A stretch of DNA of 64,000 bases from Chrysomallon squamiferum (GCA_012295275.1 CM022665.1:47554001-47618000), one strand, 5' to 3'; numbered from the stretch's first letter, positions 1 to 13,699 are shown. Notes: generated from the letters alone by a model not told the origin. Translations and numbers: made by a program.

Positions 1-1554
1 TGTATGAGTGAGTGTTAACAAATCTTCACAATATCTTTGTTAAATTAACGGCGTACTGGTTGGAAAGACATATATATATATATACACACACACACAGAGG
101 TGTAACAAACACGTTTGACTTCGAGATCCAGCGTGACTCAGGTATGTTTAATAACACCGACTACAAACACCTCGCTTTGATTAAAAAATGAAATCACGAT
201 ACGAGGCTAATGCAGCAGGTGTAACGGGGTGGGGTGGGGTGGGGGGTGGGATCTAAGTAAACAAAACTGGTGGGGGGGTAGAAAGCCGACAACCAGGGAC
301 GTGAAAAAGCAGACATATTGAATTGTTTGGCGAATTTAGATACAACTGAAGAAATCAAATCAAAAATAATATTTCTTGGTGCAGAAGTCGCTGTTTTTAA
401 ATGAATGAAAATAAATTTTTGATTCATGCCCTTCCCTCAATTTCCGCCCCTGCTATGTTCAATACTTTGATTTCTTCAAGGAACTCAAGACTCGAAAGTG
501 AAAGAAAATTCTAGAAAAACGTGGCATCCAGGTAGCTAATTAAACCAGGTAGTCCTATCTAATTACCTGCAATCTTAATTAGCTCACATAAACATAATCA
601 GTGTTAACAAAAGTCTCGTTAAAGAAAAAAAAAATGAAATTTCGTTAGCGGTTTTAAGAAATGTTGATTAAATAGATTTTAATTTATATCGAATGAGATT
701 AATCATAATAATATTGCGTCAGAAAGATTTAATGTTTATTATCAACAACAACAAAAACAACAAAAAATAAAATAAAATAATAATAATAATAACACTGATT
801 TATAAAACATAACGACTTTGACAGAAAATGAAAACAGCGAGATGTGTAAATGAACGTGACCTATATAAACACTGTATTATTAAACTTTATAATTAACAAA
901 GATTTTTCATAGCAACAGTTTGTAAAATAAACGTTATTAACTCACCTCTTGATTATTAGTAGTAATTCACTGACGGTGTTATTTATATACGATATGACGT
1001 CACAAGTCCATACGAAAGAAATATAAACAACGTTATAGCACAGTAGAAATATGTAAAAAAAATTCTACTGTAAATTGCTTTAGATTATCCATGAATTATC
1101 ACAGTCGCTTTATGGCATCAAAATTATATTTTTTATTACTAGAAAATGATTGTCTCTAAAATTATTAAAATAATAATAATTTAGACGTATACAATATGAT
1201 TTTAGTTTATTTGTTCACATTGCTTCATATGAACTTTGCCCTGGACTTAGTGAAAAAACAAAAAAGAAAACATTAAAACAATTAGTAACAAACTTTAGAA
1301 TATTTATTTCTATGAAATAACTAAAAACACAATAAACAAAATGGTTCTGTAGTGATATATATTTTATTAATTTCAAATACAATTATGCGGACATGAAATA
1401 AATACATACTTTACTAAGTGTCAGAACAAAACAGATTGCCCTGACAGAAAAAGGTTAACTTGAGGTATATGTGTTCTGACTTGTTCTGTATATATGTATA
1501 TATATACACAAGAAGTATATAATAATTATTTGATAAAGACAAATACAGTTAAAA

Positions 1555-1556
1555 CA

Positions 1557-1592
<36 letters not shown>

Positions 1593-3130
1593 GTAGTAGT
1601 AGTAGTAGTAGTAGTAGTTGTTGTATTAGTAGTAGTAGTAGTAATAGTAGTAATAATAATAATAGTAGTAGTAGTAGTAATAGTAGTAGCAGTAGTAGTA
1701 ATAATAATAATAATAGTAGTAGTAGTAATAATAGTATAGTAGAATAATAATCGTAATTATAATAATAATAGTAGTAGTAGCAGTAGTAGTAGTAATAATA
1801 ATAATAACAATAGTAATCATAATTAAAATAATCATAGTAACAATAATAATATACAATATATATTTGTGTATATGTGTGTGTATCGATAAACTCATATATA
1901 TATACATATATGTGTGTGTGTATGTGTGTGTATGTGTGAATGTGTGTGTGTACGTATATATTGCTACTATGTAACTATCTACATACCTATACAGGTAGAC
2001 ATATATATAAAAAATGGTTATCGTATTATGATTTTGACTTTTGAAAACATTGGTTAACACAGTTTTAAATATTTCTACTTCAACGTCATCTCGAGCACCA
2101 CGATAATGACGTCGCCCACGTCAGCATTATGTATTTATCACAGTGCTAAGAGTTACTAAAGTACGCTCGACATGGACATATATCTCGTCAGCTTTCACAA
2201 CATGTGTGCTCGTTTCAAAACACTTTATGTTTTAACAGCTACATTGTCATTCTGTTAAAACTGACATTGTTACACTAATTTAATAATAATAATAATAATA
2301 ATAATAGCAGTAGTAGTAGTAGTAGTAGTAGCAGTAGTAGTAATAGTAGTAATAGTAGTAGTAGTAGTAGTAATAGTAATGGTAGAAGTAGCAGTAGTAA
2401 TAATAATAATGACAGTAGTAGTAGTAGTGGTAGTAATGGTTGTGGTAATGGTAACAGTAGTAATAGTAATATAAGAACAACAATAAAACTAACAATAATA
2501 ATAATAATTATTATTATTATTATTATTATTATAACCGTAATGAAGACTGACAAGGCTGACCGACTGTGAAAAGACTGAATTGACGTCACCGTACTTCAAT
2601 TAACAACGTACTTAGTCAAAACCCAGAAACAGTCGTAAGTAACGATAACAGTATCGAATTTCAGACGTTGGAGGCGACAGAAGCCAAGTGAAGCGAGGTA
2701 AAACGTAAATAATACTCTGAACAACACACTGCTTGTGTTAAACACAGACAGACCAGGTTTCTTAGCGCGCAGTTTTAATGTGTGGATTTGTTTAATAAAA
2801 ATTAATTATGTTATATTGTTTGTATCTGTGTTTCTGTGTTTAGGTATTTGTGTTTGTTTATGTATTTTGTGTGTGTATGTATATGTGTGTTTATTTATTA
2901 TGTGTATATGTATGTACATATATGTGTATTTATGTATGTATGTATGTGTGTGTATATATGTGTATGTATATATAAATATGTGTATGTATATCTGTCGTGA
3001 GTATGTCGGTATGCATGGATATTTGTGTATTTTTGTATGTATGTTTCTGTATGTGTGTTGTGTGATTGTTATGTAAATATGTATATAAATGTGCTCCTAT
3101 ATGTCTGTTTGTTTGTCTATGTATGTGGTG
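1555..3130. repeat. Microsatellite block: (AAT/AGT)n and (TG/TA)n
   Basis: Simple repeats that explain the low-complexity ORFs here. Similar tracts occur throughout the window. Confidence 0.9.
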
Positions 3131-3504
3131 TGTATAGGTATACAAGCCATTTGTCACAGTATTTACTCTTTTTTTTTAAATCAGAAAACACTACAGATTA
3201 TTTTGTCATAGCATTGATCTGTATCAGTAAAAACAACTCTAACCCCGTTTGAATGAAAGAAAACAAACAAACAAAAAACAGTCTAACGTCTTACAATAAA
3301 ATTATATCAACGATTGTCTTCGCTATCACAGATGATTTTCAAATTGATCATACATTTAGTAATTAATTAATTAATTTAAGGCAAGCATAGGTTTTTTTCT
3401 TTCTTTAGAATTTTAATAAAATATATACTGAAAGTACGAAGTATAATTATTATGATAAGAAGAAGAAATAAAATTTCTACAACATAATAATTCAAAATGA
3501 TGTC

Positions 3505-3559
<55 letters not shown>

Positions 3560-3992
3560 GTAATAAGAAGAAGAAGAAGAAGAAGAAGAAATTAAGATAT
3601 ATTTTACAACAGTTTAATTAAATTTGATGTTTGCATTGGTTCTGAAAAAATAAAATCGTAGTTAATCACATTTGGATGAAAATGGAGTTTAACAAATTTT
3701 ACTTTACCTAAATCTACAATAAATATACAAAACTGTTATCTATTTTCTTACTTTTGTTTGTTTACTCTTCTTCTTTCTATTTCTGTTTTTTTTTTTTTCC
3801 TTTTTCTTTTTTTTTTAACTGAAAAGTGATTTTCTGGATCTGTTCAGATCAGTGTGTCATGGAATATGTTTCTACGTCTGCACTCACCATTGCACTTGTA
3901 AAAAAATGTCGAGTTGTGTTTCTCTGCTTTGGTTTTCTCCCACACAGAACAGAAAAGTCTGAGGTATTTTTTTGATTTTTACACAAGTCTTC

Positions 3993-4112
3993 CACGTCAC
4001 ATACGTTTATTACGTCACATTTGTTGAATACGTCACATAGGTTGATTATGTCACTTATGTTCATTACGTCAAACCCGCTTATTACGTGACATCATAATGG
4101 TTATTACGTCAT
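3993..4112. repeat. Degenerate ~18-bp tandem repeat with a TACGTCA core, about 7 copies, at and after the stop of the 412-aa ORF
   Basis: acgtcac/acgtca/atgtcac cores recur about every 18 nt; the periodic CDV motif in ORF 3849..4064 reflects this. Confidence 0.6.
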
Positions 4113-5342
4113 ACACACGCCTCTTTCCCGACGCACACGAGATCTCTGTCTGGCAAAGTTTTTTTCACAGTTTCCAGAGGCGGCAGCTTCATCACCGCTA
4201 CCGGATGTGACCTCTCGCTGATTGTGTTTAGAGTTGTCTGCCCTGACGAACGCAGGAGCTCTCCTATCTGTTTCTGTTTTCTCGGCCGAGAGGGCGGCAT
4301 GGGGCGGACAACTCTGGACAGGGACGGGTGATCTTGCTGCACGTGCAGGGGGTGGTTGTCCACGGACAGGAACCGCCCGGGGAGACTGGAGCACTTTGTT
4401 GGATCGGGTACCGAACTTGCCTCTCTCGTTAAACGACGTCGTTCTGTTCACTATGCCCACGGCGTCTGGCTTCCACGTCTCCGTCGTGACGTAGCCGTGC
4501 GGCTTGTCGGACGTCGTCGCGTCGCCCGACCGCTTGTGAAGCGAGGCGTCCACGTGACCGGAGACGATGGCGTAGGCGAGGCGCGAACTCTCGAGCCTGC
4601 CGCACTCGCTGAAGTCGGACGTGTCGACGCCGTAGACGCCGGTGCGTCGGAACAGCGGGTCTCCCTTCGCCGACGTGATCCGCAGCCTCTGCTTGTTCAT
4701 CTCCTCGTCGTACACGCGGGGACTGCGCGGCATCCCGAGCGAGCTGTCCAGCAGAAGATGGCCGCGCTTGTTTCTCATTGAGAGGCTCGACATGCTGGAC
4801 TTCGGCCTCGAGGAGCTCGCCGAGCGGACTCCGTGAAACTCCGCCACGTCCGACTCGCCGGAGATCTGGCTCCCCCGGAACGAAACGCTCCGCTTCGAAA
4901 CGGAGGCGCTGACCTGCGAGTCACGTGACGCTGGGACGCGCGCGCCGTCTCTGTACACGCTGACCTGAGAATTGGAATCGTCGTCGGAGAAGTCGTCGTG
5001 GTCGAGGTCGTTGTAGAAACCCATCGACGTCTTAGACCGTCCGCCTCGCTGCTTTCTCAGGTCCAGGCACTGGGCCAGTTTCTTCTCCGTCTCGTGAACA
5101 GACGCGTCACTTCCGGCTGTACTCCAGTTGTCGTCGTCGTCTGCGTTTTTGTCTGCGTTGTCGTCGACCAGAGCGCACTCGCGGAAGCGGTGATTGAGTT
5201 CGTCCTGGTCTCTCAGCAGCCGCAGAATCTGCTGAGCTTTCGATTTGCGGAAACCTTTGTTGAGTTCAGACAGAAACTTCTCCGCTCTCGTTCCGTTCTT
5301 GGGTTCCGTGTTTTTCACGTTACCATCCGCCATGTTATCCAT
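4104..5342 (-). CDS. Uncharacterised intronless 412-aa protein (short helical N-terminus, Ser/Arg/Asp-rich and probably disordered remainder)
   Basis: 1239-nt open frame that is markedly GC- and CpG-rich against AT-rich flanks. ATG is in a good context (aaacATGG). No domain recognised. Confidence 0.8.
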   Translation of the reverse strand: MDNMADGNVKNTEPKNGTRAEKFLSELNKGFRKSKAQQILRLLRDQDELNHRFRECALVDDNADKNADDDDNWSTAGSDASVHETEKKLAQCLDLRKQRGGRSKTSMGFYNDLDHDDFSDDDSNSQVSVYRDGARVPASRDSQVSASVSKRSVSFRGSQISGESDVAEFHGVRSASSSRPKSSMSSLSMRNKRGHLLLDSSLGMPRSPRVYDEEMNKQRLRITSAKGDPLFRRTGVYGVDTSDFSECGRLESSRLAYAIVSGHVDASLHKRSGDATTSDKPHGYVTTETWKPDAVGIVNRTTSFNERGKFGTRSNKVLQSPRAVPVRGQPPPARAARSPVPVQSCPPHAALSAEKTETDRRAPAFVRADNSKHNQREVTSGSGDEAAASGNCEKNFARQRSRVRRERGVCMT

Positions 5343-5780
5343 GTTTGAAGTTTTTTTTTTTATTATTATTATTATTATTTATGTTTTTCCTCAGTTAGAA
5401 ACAACAGAATCTTCTGTTACAGCTGTGTTTGTAAAATAATCCACACAATGTTTTTGGGTTTTAAAAAAAAAAGACGAAGTAAAAAAAATAAAAGAACCAA
5501 CAATTAATGAACCGTTACAAACGTGATCCTACTTAATCTCGCGTTTCTACTACGTTAATCACAAAACCTTTGCCACGCTTCATTTCACACTCGGCAGAAC
5601 GATCTGGGCAGGCATTAGAAGAACGAGTTGTGTGTAATGCACGGTTTGTCGTGTAAACTAATGTTTTACATGTAATTACTTTCGTCTTTGATGTAATTCC
5701 TCCTTTGTCACCGACACAGTCACAAACACACGTCGATTTCCCATGCTGACTGCAATAACAATAACAATAATAATAATAAC

Positions 5781-5830
<50 letters not shown>

Positions 5831-6720
5831 CAGTTTTCCTTCCAATCTAGAAAGCCGAACTGAAATCCGAATTAATTAACACACAATACCTGCGAGGTAG
5901 TTAATTCTCTCTGTCCTGACACAAACACTCGTACAATCGAACAACTCCATGTTTTTTGTAGTTCAGCAGCGACGACAACAACAACAACAACAACAAACTA
6001 CAAAGCACTCGTGTTTTTTTTTCGTTTTTTTTTTTTTTATCAAACAAACGTCTGCTCGCCCGTTTCACAATCGCGCCAAACAGTTGAGCTATTGTGCCGG
6101 TCGCCGGAGAGTTAGTTATCGAGTCGCTATGGAGCGGCGCGTACACACAAAGTCAGTCTATACGTGAACTGTGTCGCGCAGGAACCACGGAGATACACGA
6201 TCTGAGTCGAATCAGGCCGCGTCTTACACACACACAGCAGCCGTCCAGGCGTGTAGTAATCCAGTAATCTCGCTTAAACCAGAAACACGCGTTATCCCAC
6301 TGTAGGCAGGATCAGTCCTTGAAGACACATTTAAAAAAAAAAAAACACGGGCGGGGCTAGGGGTGGGGGAGCTTGAACCAGAATGGCGGGTCTAGGGGGT
6401 GGGGTTATTCAACCAGGATATCCACCACCAACCACCACCACCATTTTTATTTCATACCGATTTTATTTCTGTTTTGTAATAAATTGTTATATCCATTTTA
6501 TTCAGAATTTTTCTTCCAGATCTTCTTAGTAATGATGTCGTCCCCGTTGTTTGGAAATTCTGTGTCCGTCTGGTTTCCCGGGGGTGGGGGTGTTGTTGTA
6601 AATTGATTTGGCTTTGCAGATTCAGGAAATTCTGCGTTTGTGAAGAGAACGTAACTGTTACAAAATAACAAAAATACGAAATTAAAAAACAGCAGTTATC
6701 AGTCCGTTTAATGTAACCGA

Positions 6721-6767
<47 letters not shown>

Positions 6768-7560
6768 AATGAAATATATTTTAATGTATTTATTATTAAA
6801 CAGATAAATGAAGGAAAAGAAAAATGAAAACCTCACTAGTTTTGTTTTATAAGAAAAAATAATTACTGTTATTTACTTACTTACCCATCTGTTTATTTAG
6901 TTATTTATTTACTTTCTTATTTATCTATTCATTTATTCATTCATTCATTCAATCATTTATTCATTATTTTAGTTGTATATAAAACATGATGTACATTATG
7001 AGCCTACCTAATCAAAATCATGAAAATGTTCACTTATGTTTTTGTTTTTGTTTTTTATATTATCTATCTTGAAAACACATCTTGAAATATCACAAACTTT
7101 CAATATTCTAATTAAGTTTGCCATTTTTAATATTAGTGGATTTTTTTCTTTAAAGAAAATATTTCCACGTTTTCTAATAAAGTCGAGTTCGATTCCGAGT
7201 GAATTCATTTGTTTTATAAAGTCTGGCATTAGAAATCAGTAACCATGGAAGCAGTGTTGTTTGAACGTTTACATTTTATTTAGTTTCTTTAGTTTGTGTA
7301 TTGTTCGTGTTAAGTTTGTGACTGATGTTGTCAGTGGCGTGGGTTTATTTCAGGATCGAACCCCGCTGATTTACTTACCGTGTAGTTTACTGATCTGTTT
7401 TTGTGTATCAATTTCTGTGCACGCTATATATATATTTTGTTTCTACTGCTACTAATACTACTACTGCAACTACTACAATTACCACTATAATTGTTATGAA
7501 CACCTTCACTTTATTCTTATTGTGTTATTGTTTTTCTTCTTCTTTTTTTTCTTCTTCTTC

Positions 7561-7621
<61 letters not shown>

Positions 7622-8336
7622 CTTCTTTCTGTATGTATTAAAGTTTTTATGTATTCTTCTCTATCATTATTTATGAAAATGGTGCATGCATGGACATGCG
7701 CATACATGCTAAAGTTAATAAATCGAAAGTCAAATATTTCTTTTAGAAAATACAATTTTCTTAATTACACTTTTCAAATCTCGCATTGAGAGACAGACAG
7801 AAAATGCCTGCCAATTTCTTAATCATGTTTACAGAATTAAGCTTAAGAATTACGTCATAATCTTTCACATTTAATACTCTTACCTAAGTGATATTAAGAC
7901 TAAAGAGTTCTTTATCTACAACAACAACAAAAAAGTGGCAGGTTAATATTTAACGACAATCCAGAAGCATGTACGGCAGTCAGTGTGACGTCATTAAATA
8001 TACATCGGCTTGTCAAAAAAAAAAAAAATAATAATAATAGTAATCAAAAAATGAATGTCGTCTGCGTTTCGTGCTGTCCTCAGAAAGAAAGAAAGAAAAT
8101 ATCAAAGTCCAAACAAGAACAAAATATTATTATAGATAAACATGGTTACTAGACAGAATCAAATCAATAACAAAATGTATTAGCAGACATAAAATTTGTA
8201 CGTCTGCGTCAAATGTAGATAGGACTCTCTCTCTTGTGAAAACGAGGTTATGTGTGTCTGCATGTTGCTATGTTTTGTCATGTTTACTTCGTGAAATTAT
8301 CTAAGGAGAAAGCAACATCACTCTACTGTAGATAAA

Positions 8337-8381
<45 letters not shown>

Positions 8382-8616
8382 ATAATAAAATAATAATAAT
8401 AATAAATAAATTATTATATAATAATAATAATATTATTATAACGGGAAAATTATGTCTAGATAATTGACATATGAGTATATTATTATTTTGAAGGATATTA
8501 ATTCTTAAAATTGATATTCAATCAAGACATGGGGAAAAAATGTACATGTGTGTATTGTAATTTGAAGGATATTAATTGTTAAATCATGTGATATTCAATG
8601 TGTGTGACATGTGTGA

Positions 8617-8663
<47 letters not shown>

Positions 8664-9710
8664 TGTGTGTACGTGTGTTAGTATGTATGTTAGCATATAC
8701 ACAACTGTGCTAATTAAAGAAATGTTTTTAATAATTACCAATAAAACCGGTTAATTAAAAGAAAACAAAGTACAGCAAATGAATTAAATAATTATATATT
8801 TCAGTACTTTTTTTCTTATATAAATATTTCTTCATATACTTCCATTATATAAACATGATACCATATCTAAAACTTATTTCACATAAACACTGTTTTGTTT
8901 GACTAAGATCAAATATATTCTTTTACAATAAACATCTTTTATATATATAAAAATGTCCAGACACGTTTAAACAGAATATCTTTCAGAAAAAAAGAATAAA
9001 AACAAAACAAACAAACAAACAAACAAAAAACTTACAACAAAATAAATGTAAATCTGTTAAGATATAATTTGACGAACAAATAAATTATGATGATAAAAAT
9101 AATCGGAGGTATGAAATAACATCTAAAGGATTATATATAAAGGGTTATATCACGTTTTTCTCTCGTTCACAAATATCAGTTAAAAATTAATCACTTTTCA
9201 TTATTGCTTTCACAAAACATTTCACATTTTAAGTCATTTATTATCGCCAAAACGACACGAAATTCTCATAAAACGGCCATATTGTTTTCAAACCAGCACA
9301 GATGAAATGTGAGGTGCTAAAACAAGAAAGATCTGTTACACAATACAACGAATATCAGTGTTTGCTAATTATAAAGTTTTCTGTACTCATGATATCAGAT
9401 ATAACAAAGAAAAATAAATAAATAAATAATTGATATATGCATGTGTGTGTGTGTGTAATTGTAATTCTTTCTAATTAGCAAAGATTAGTTCTGCATAACC
9501 ACAAAGGTATTAATCGTATTTATACTTTAACTAAATCGCAAAATGAAGTGAAACTGAAAGTAAATTATAACGGAACATCAAATCGTTTTTAAGCTAACAA
9601 ATGAGTCACTGGTGAATAATATGTAATAATATGTAACTAACAAATAACATTGATGAATGAAGGCTGCATATGTATGTCATATTCTCTACATTAAAAAAAT
9701 AAATAAATAA

Positions 9711-9753
<43 letters not shown>

Positions 9754-10179
9754 TCAAATTAACAACAATCACACAACATGTTAATATTAGCGAATTTAAA
9801 AATAAACCAACAACAATAAAAAAAAAAATTGTACACGAATTATTAAACTCTGGAACAAAGAAACTGATGACAATAAAAGTAATGAATATCTTCACACACA
9901 CACACACACACACAGACACACACACACACACACAGACACAAACACAAAACAATTTGCTCACAGTTATCACAACAGTTATGGCACTAGGAGGCTGTCTTTT
10001 CCAGTTTTAATACAAAAATCTAAATTTGAATTGAAACGAAAAATAATATATATGTATATATATATTTTTTTTCTTCCCGTATTTACGAAAACATCCACAT
10101 AAGACCATGTTTTTCTTTCTAGGAGTTAAGTCATTTCAGCAAGGTGAGTTGATTACGTCACTCGAACTCATTGGAAATG

Positions 10180-10536
10180 TTAGTTGCCGTTTTCATCAAA
10201 CGACCTTTGACCTCTGAACTGAGGTGAGATAGAATTACTATGACGTAAAGATGAACGATAGCGTTTCTCTATTTTCTCGCGTTCACGTTCTTTCCACGAG
10301 CTGAAAGTTGCTTCGTGTTTCTTCTTCCACTCTGCCAGAGACGGCGTCTTCGACTCTATCAGTTTCCGATCATTGACGAGCGCCTCTTTTTGCCGTTCGT
10401 TAAATTTCGACTCTCTTCGGATGTGCATGTCGACTTCTTTTTGTTTTTCCGATAGTTGTTTTTCTTGGATGGAATTTCTGTGCAGACTTTTTAACTCTCT
10501 GTCAACACTGGACGACTGAAGCACATTTCTTGACAT
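10180..10536 (-). CDS. Small uncharacterised charged, coiled-coil-like protein, 118 aa (MSRNVLQ...DENGN)
   Basis: Non-repetitive ORF rich in E/K/R/Q. ATG at 10536 has A at -3 (gaaaATG). The ORF-track start at 10584 is a non-ATG codon. Confidence 0.6.
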   Translation of the reverse strand: MSRNVLQSSSVDRELKSLHRNSIQEKQLSEKQKEVDMHIRRESKFNERQKEALVNDRKLIESKTPSLAEWKKKHEATFSSWKEREREKIEKRYRSSLRHSNSISPQFRGQRSFDENGN

Positions 10537-11756
10537 TTTCACAAGACTAAGAGTTGAGGTAGATAATCGAATCCTTATCTTCACAGAATAATAATAATAA
10601 AAATAAGTTTAAAAACTGAGGTAGAGATATTCCAGACTTTTCTTTCACAGAATACTGTTATTCGTCACATGTGCGTTAATACTGAAGTCACATTAATTAA
10701 AAATGACTGGATCTTCGAAAAATTATTTTTCGTTTTTATCCAACTCGGTTCAGATAGGTGTTCATTAGCAGACGTTTTCTTATCAGTGAATCATAGACAT
10801 AAAAAAAAAATACTAGTATCGTCTGCTGAACAGAAGTTTTATTTGTGAAACATATGTCTCGGTGTAATAAATAAATAAGTTGTTTGTTTGAGGGGTCAGT
10901 CTATTTTGGGAAAGAATAAACAAATTTAATGGTTTATGTTAATCCACATTAAAATATAAAAATGTTTTTCAGTGTCGGTGAGGTTGTGTGTAACAAATGG
11001 GTTTTTTTTGTTTGTGTTTTTTTTTTTTTCTTCTTGTCTGAGAACTAAGAGAAAGTTTTACGGGAACACACACTTTCAAGTGTTTAGTTCGAGTTGCTTG
11101 TTGTTTACGTGTGAATGGCTTCGTCAGAACTGTTTGTCAGTGTGTGACATCTAACAATCCACCATACAGCTGTGACAGAAAGATTTATATGTTTGTTTAA
11201 GACTATAAAAAGTGTTTCTTTTCTTTCGTTTTTACTTTTTTATAATGTTATTTTTTTCTGATCTCATTGGCATACTGACTGAAATCTTTGATTGCTACGC
11301 TTCAGCGTGTGTCATAAACAGTGAAACGTTTCTTTTCATCTTGAATGACGTATTTATTTTTTATACGTCTGCTCTTCCCCCCAGTCCTCTGTAGCTCTGG
11401 CAGACGTCAGTGTTGTTTTTTTTTGTTTTTTTATTGTCCGACCCCCGCAGTATGTTTTCTGTGAGGGGATGGTGGTCTGTTTGTAGTTGACCCGTCCTTG
11501 TAAGAGTTCTAGAGTGTGTGTGGTTCTTTTGTCCTGATCATTGAGAAATGGTTTAATCTCTGTTCATTGATTTATGTTGTGAAAAATGACAATTTGGTTT
11601 ATGTTCCTTATTTTTTTATTTTGTTTTTCGAGTACGTAAACCTTATTTTGTTAAAACAAGCCGGTTAATTATTCATAGACTCGAAAATAAACACACGCAT
11701 ATAGATAAATAAATATACAGAATCACGTACATATATGCAATCACACCCTGACAGAT

Positions 11757-11802
<46 letters not shown>

Positions 11803-12448
11803 GCACATACATATATACACACACATGCACATAAAGACATACATACATACATATACACACATACATATGTACATACGTATATACACACAAAAAGTAGACA
11901 TACACACATAAAAAGGTATTACAAATACATAGATACAACAAACACAGACATAATTACATACACTCATGCAGTATAAAACATTTTGCAAATTTACACGCAT
12001 ACAAAGCACACACATATTAAGAGCATTCAGAAACGTGTGCGTGCGTGCCTGCGTGTATGTGATAAATTTCTTCAGTTTCGGTCACTGACCTAAAATATAA
12101 CGTTTGGGGACGGAACTAATTTTGCTTTGATACATTACTTGTTACTTACATGTATATATGTGTATACACATACATACACACACACACACATAGATACACA
12201 TACTCATACTCACAAATATACAACAGTCAGAGAGACATTTGTATTGTTTTTTTTTACTTAATATATTACACAGAAATAAGAAAAAGAAGAAAACGATAAT
12301 GAAGATCACGATAAAACAATACCACTGAAGAAAAATAATTAGGAAAGAAGAAATAAAATTGCATCAGTAAGATCGTCATGGAAGTGAATGAAAATGAGAA
12401 AACAGTGAGAATTACACTCAGTTTATTTTCACAACACATTTTTACTGT

Positions 12449-12710
12449 TTAACTGACGAGAAAGCCTCGGCCCAGTTCATCATCGGGTTCCCACGTAAAA
12501 GTGCTCGTGCCCGTATAAAACGCTTTTCCCACCACCTCCACGATCACGGACTTGTAGCCACCATAGGTTATCTCCTTGACAGCAGTTCCGGTGAAAACGT
12601 CATCAGTTGTTGCGCTCCTGAACTTGCGAACTTGGTGTAGTGAAATGAGATGTTTGTGATACTGGAGCGACTCGAGCTGTTACACCTGAACCTGTAGGTG
12701 CTCTGTCCAC
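12449..12710 (-). CDS. L3HYPDH: L3HYPDH exon 4 (last), with an apparent 2-nt deletion near 12665
   Basis: Reads VDRAPTGSGVTARVA, then after a frameshift QYHKHLISLHQVRKFRSATTDDVFTGTAVKE...GKAFYTGTSTFTWEPDDELGRGFLVS-stop. Exon is 262 nt (3n+1). AATAAA lies about 22 nt after the stop. Confidence 0.88.
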
Positions 12711-13274
12711 CTGCAAATCATTAATACAAAAATGTCGGCGCTTGCTTTGATGTCAGTCCATAATTTGTCAGTAGTATTATGAGTATATAGTCAATAACTA
12801 ATTCATTATTCATTGTATAATGACATTTTGAAAACCTATATTGGATAAAAGTAAAATAATAATAATAATAATAATAATAACGAAGGAACTTCGGTTCTTT
12901 GATCTAAATCGAATTTTACTGTATTAGTCCCAGTGTATTTTCCATGTATATCTTAACTATAACAATTAATATTATATTAAATCCGAAAACAAAGTATATC
13001 GTTACTTCATTTTAAATTTATAAAAATATTTAGTGATTATAATAAACAGTGAGTTATGTAATGTAGCCTTATCTGAGGTATTATCAAAACGAACTAATCT
13101 CGTAAACAAATGTTATGTCATCAAGCAACAGATAAGGACAAATCTCATTTACTAATATAATTAATACTCATTTACATTATAAATATAAAACATAAAATGA
13201 AATAACTGCAGTATATGAACAATGAATTATCGTATCTAATTATGTTTGTTCATCGATTATGATGAACATTAAAC

Positions 13275-13505
13275 CAATAACTTTTACATCAAAAAATTTC
13301 TACAGTAATTAAATAATACAGATTTTTAAACTAATACCCTTTACATTGAAAAAATTTCTACAGTAACTAAATAATACAGATTTTTAAACTAATAACCTTT
13401 ACATTAAAAAACTTTCTACAGTAATTAAATAACACAGATTTTTAAACTAATAACCTTTACGTTAAAAAAAACAACATTTCTACCGTAATTAAATAACACA
13501 GATTT
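13275..13505. repeat. ~55-bp tandem repeat, about 4 copies, in L3HYPDH intron 3
   Basis: Recurrent tttctacagtaattaaataatacagatttttaaactaataacctttac. Confidence 0.8.
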
Positions 13506-13559
13506 AACACCCACCCACCCACATGAAATACGCGTGATATGTGACGTTTCTCAACGAAC

Positions 13560-13699
13560 CTGTCTGTCTGCAAACACACAGATGTTAGCTGTGGCTTCTT
13601 CTGAAAATTCGTCGCGTCCGTCAGTCACTATTGTCCCGTACAGAAAGGCGAGGTCAGAGCTGTCTGGGTGAGAGACTGGAACCCGATCTCTCACTGCCG
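13560..13699 (-). CDS. L3HYPDH: L3HYPDH exon 3
   Basis: Reads SAVRDRVPVSHPDSSDLAFLYGTIVTDGRDEFSEEATANICVFADRQ between tag and gttcgt. 140 nt, phase 1-0. Confidence 0.93.

Noticed and set aside
215-452. Possible MITE ending in TCCGCCCCTG
   Set aside because: The left terminus match is too poor to support a call.
1494-3252. Poly-I/V/Y/L and CVYM-type ORFs (also at 11.7, 25.4, 47-50 and 52 kb)
   Set aside because: They are translations of microsatellites.
4222-5439. Plus-strand ORFs overlapping the 412-aa gene
   Set aside because: Antisense shadows of a GC-rich coding region.
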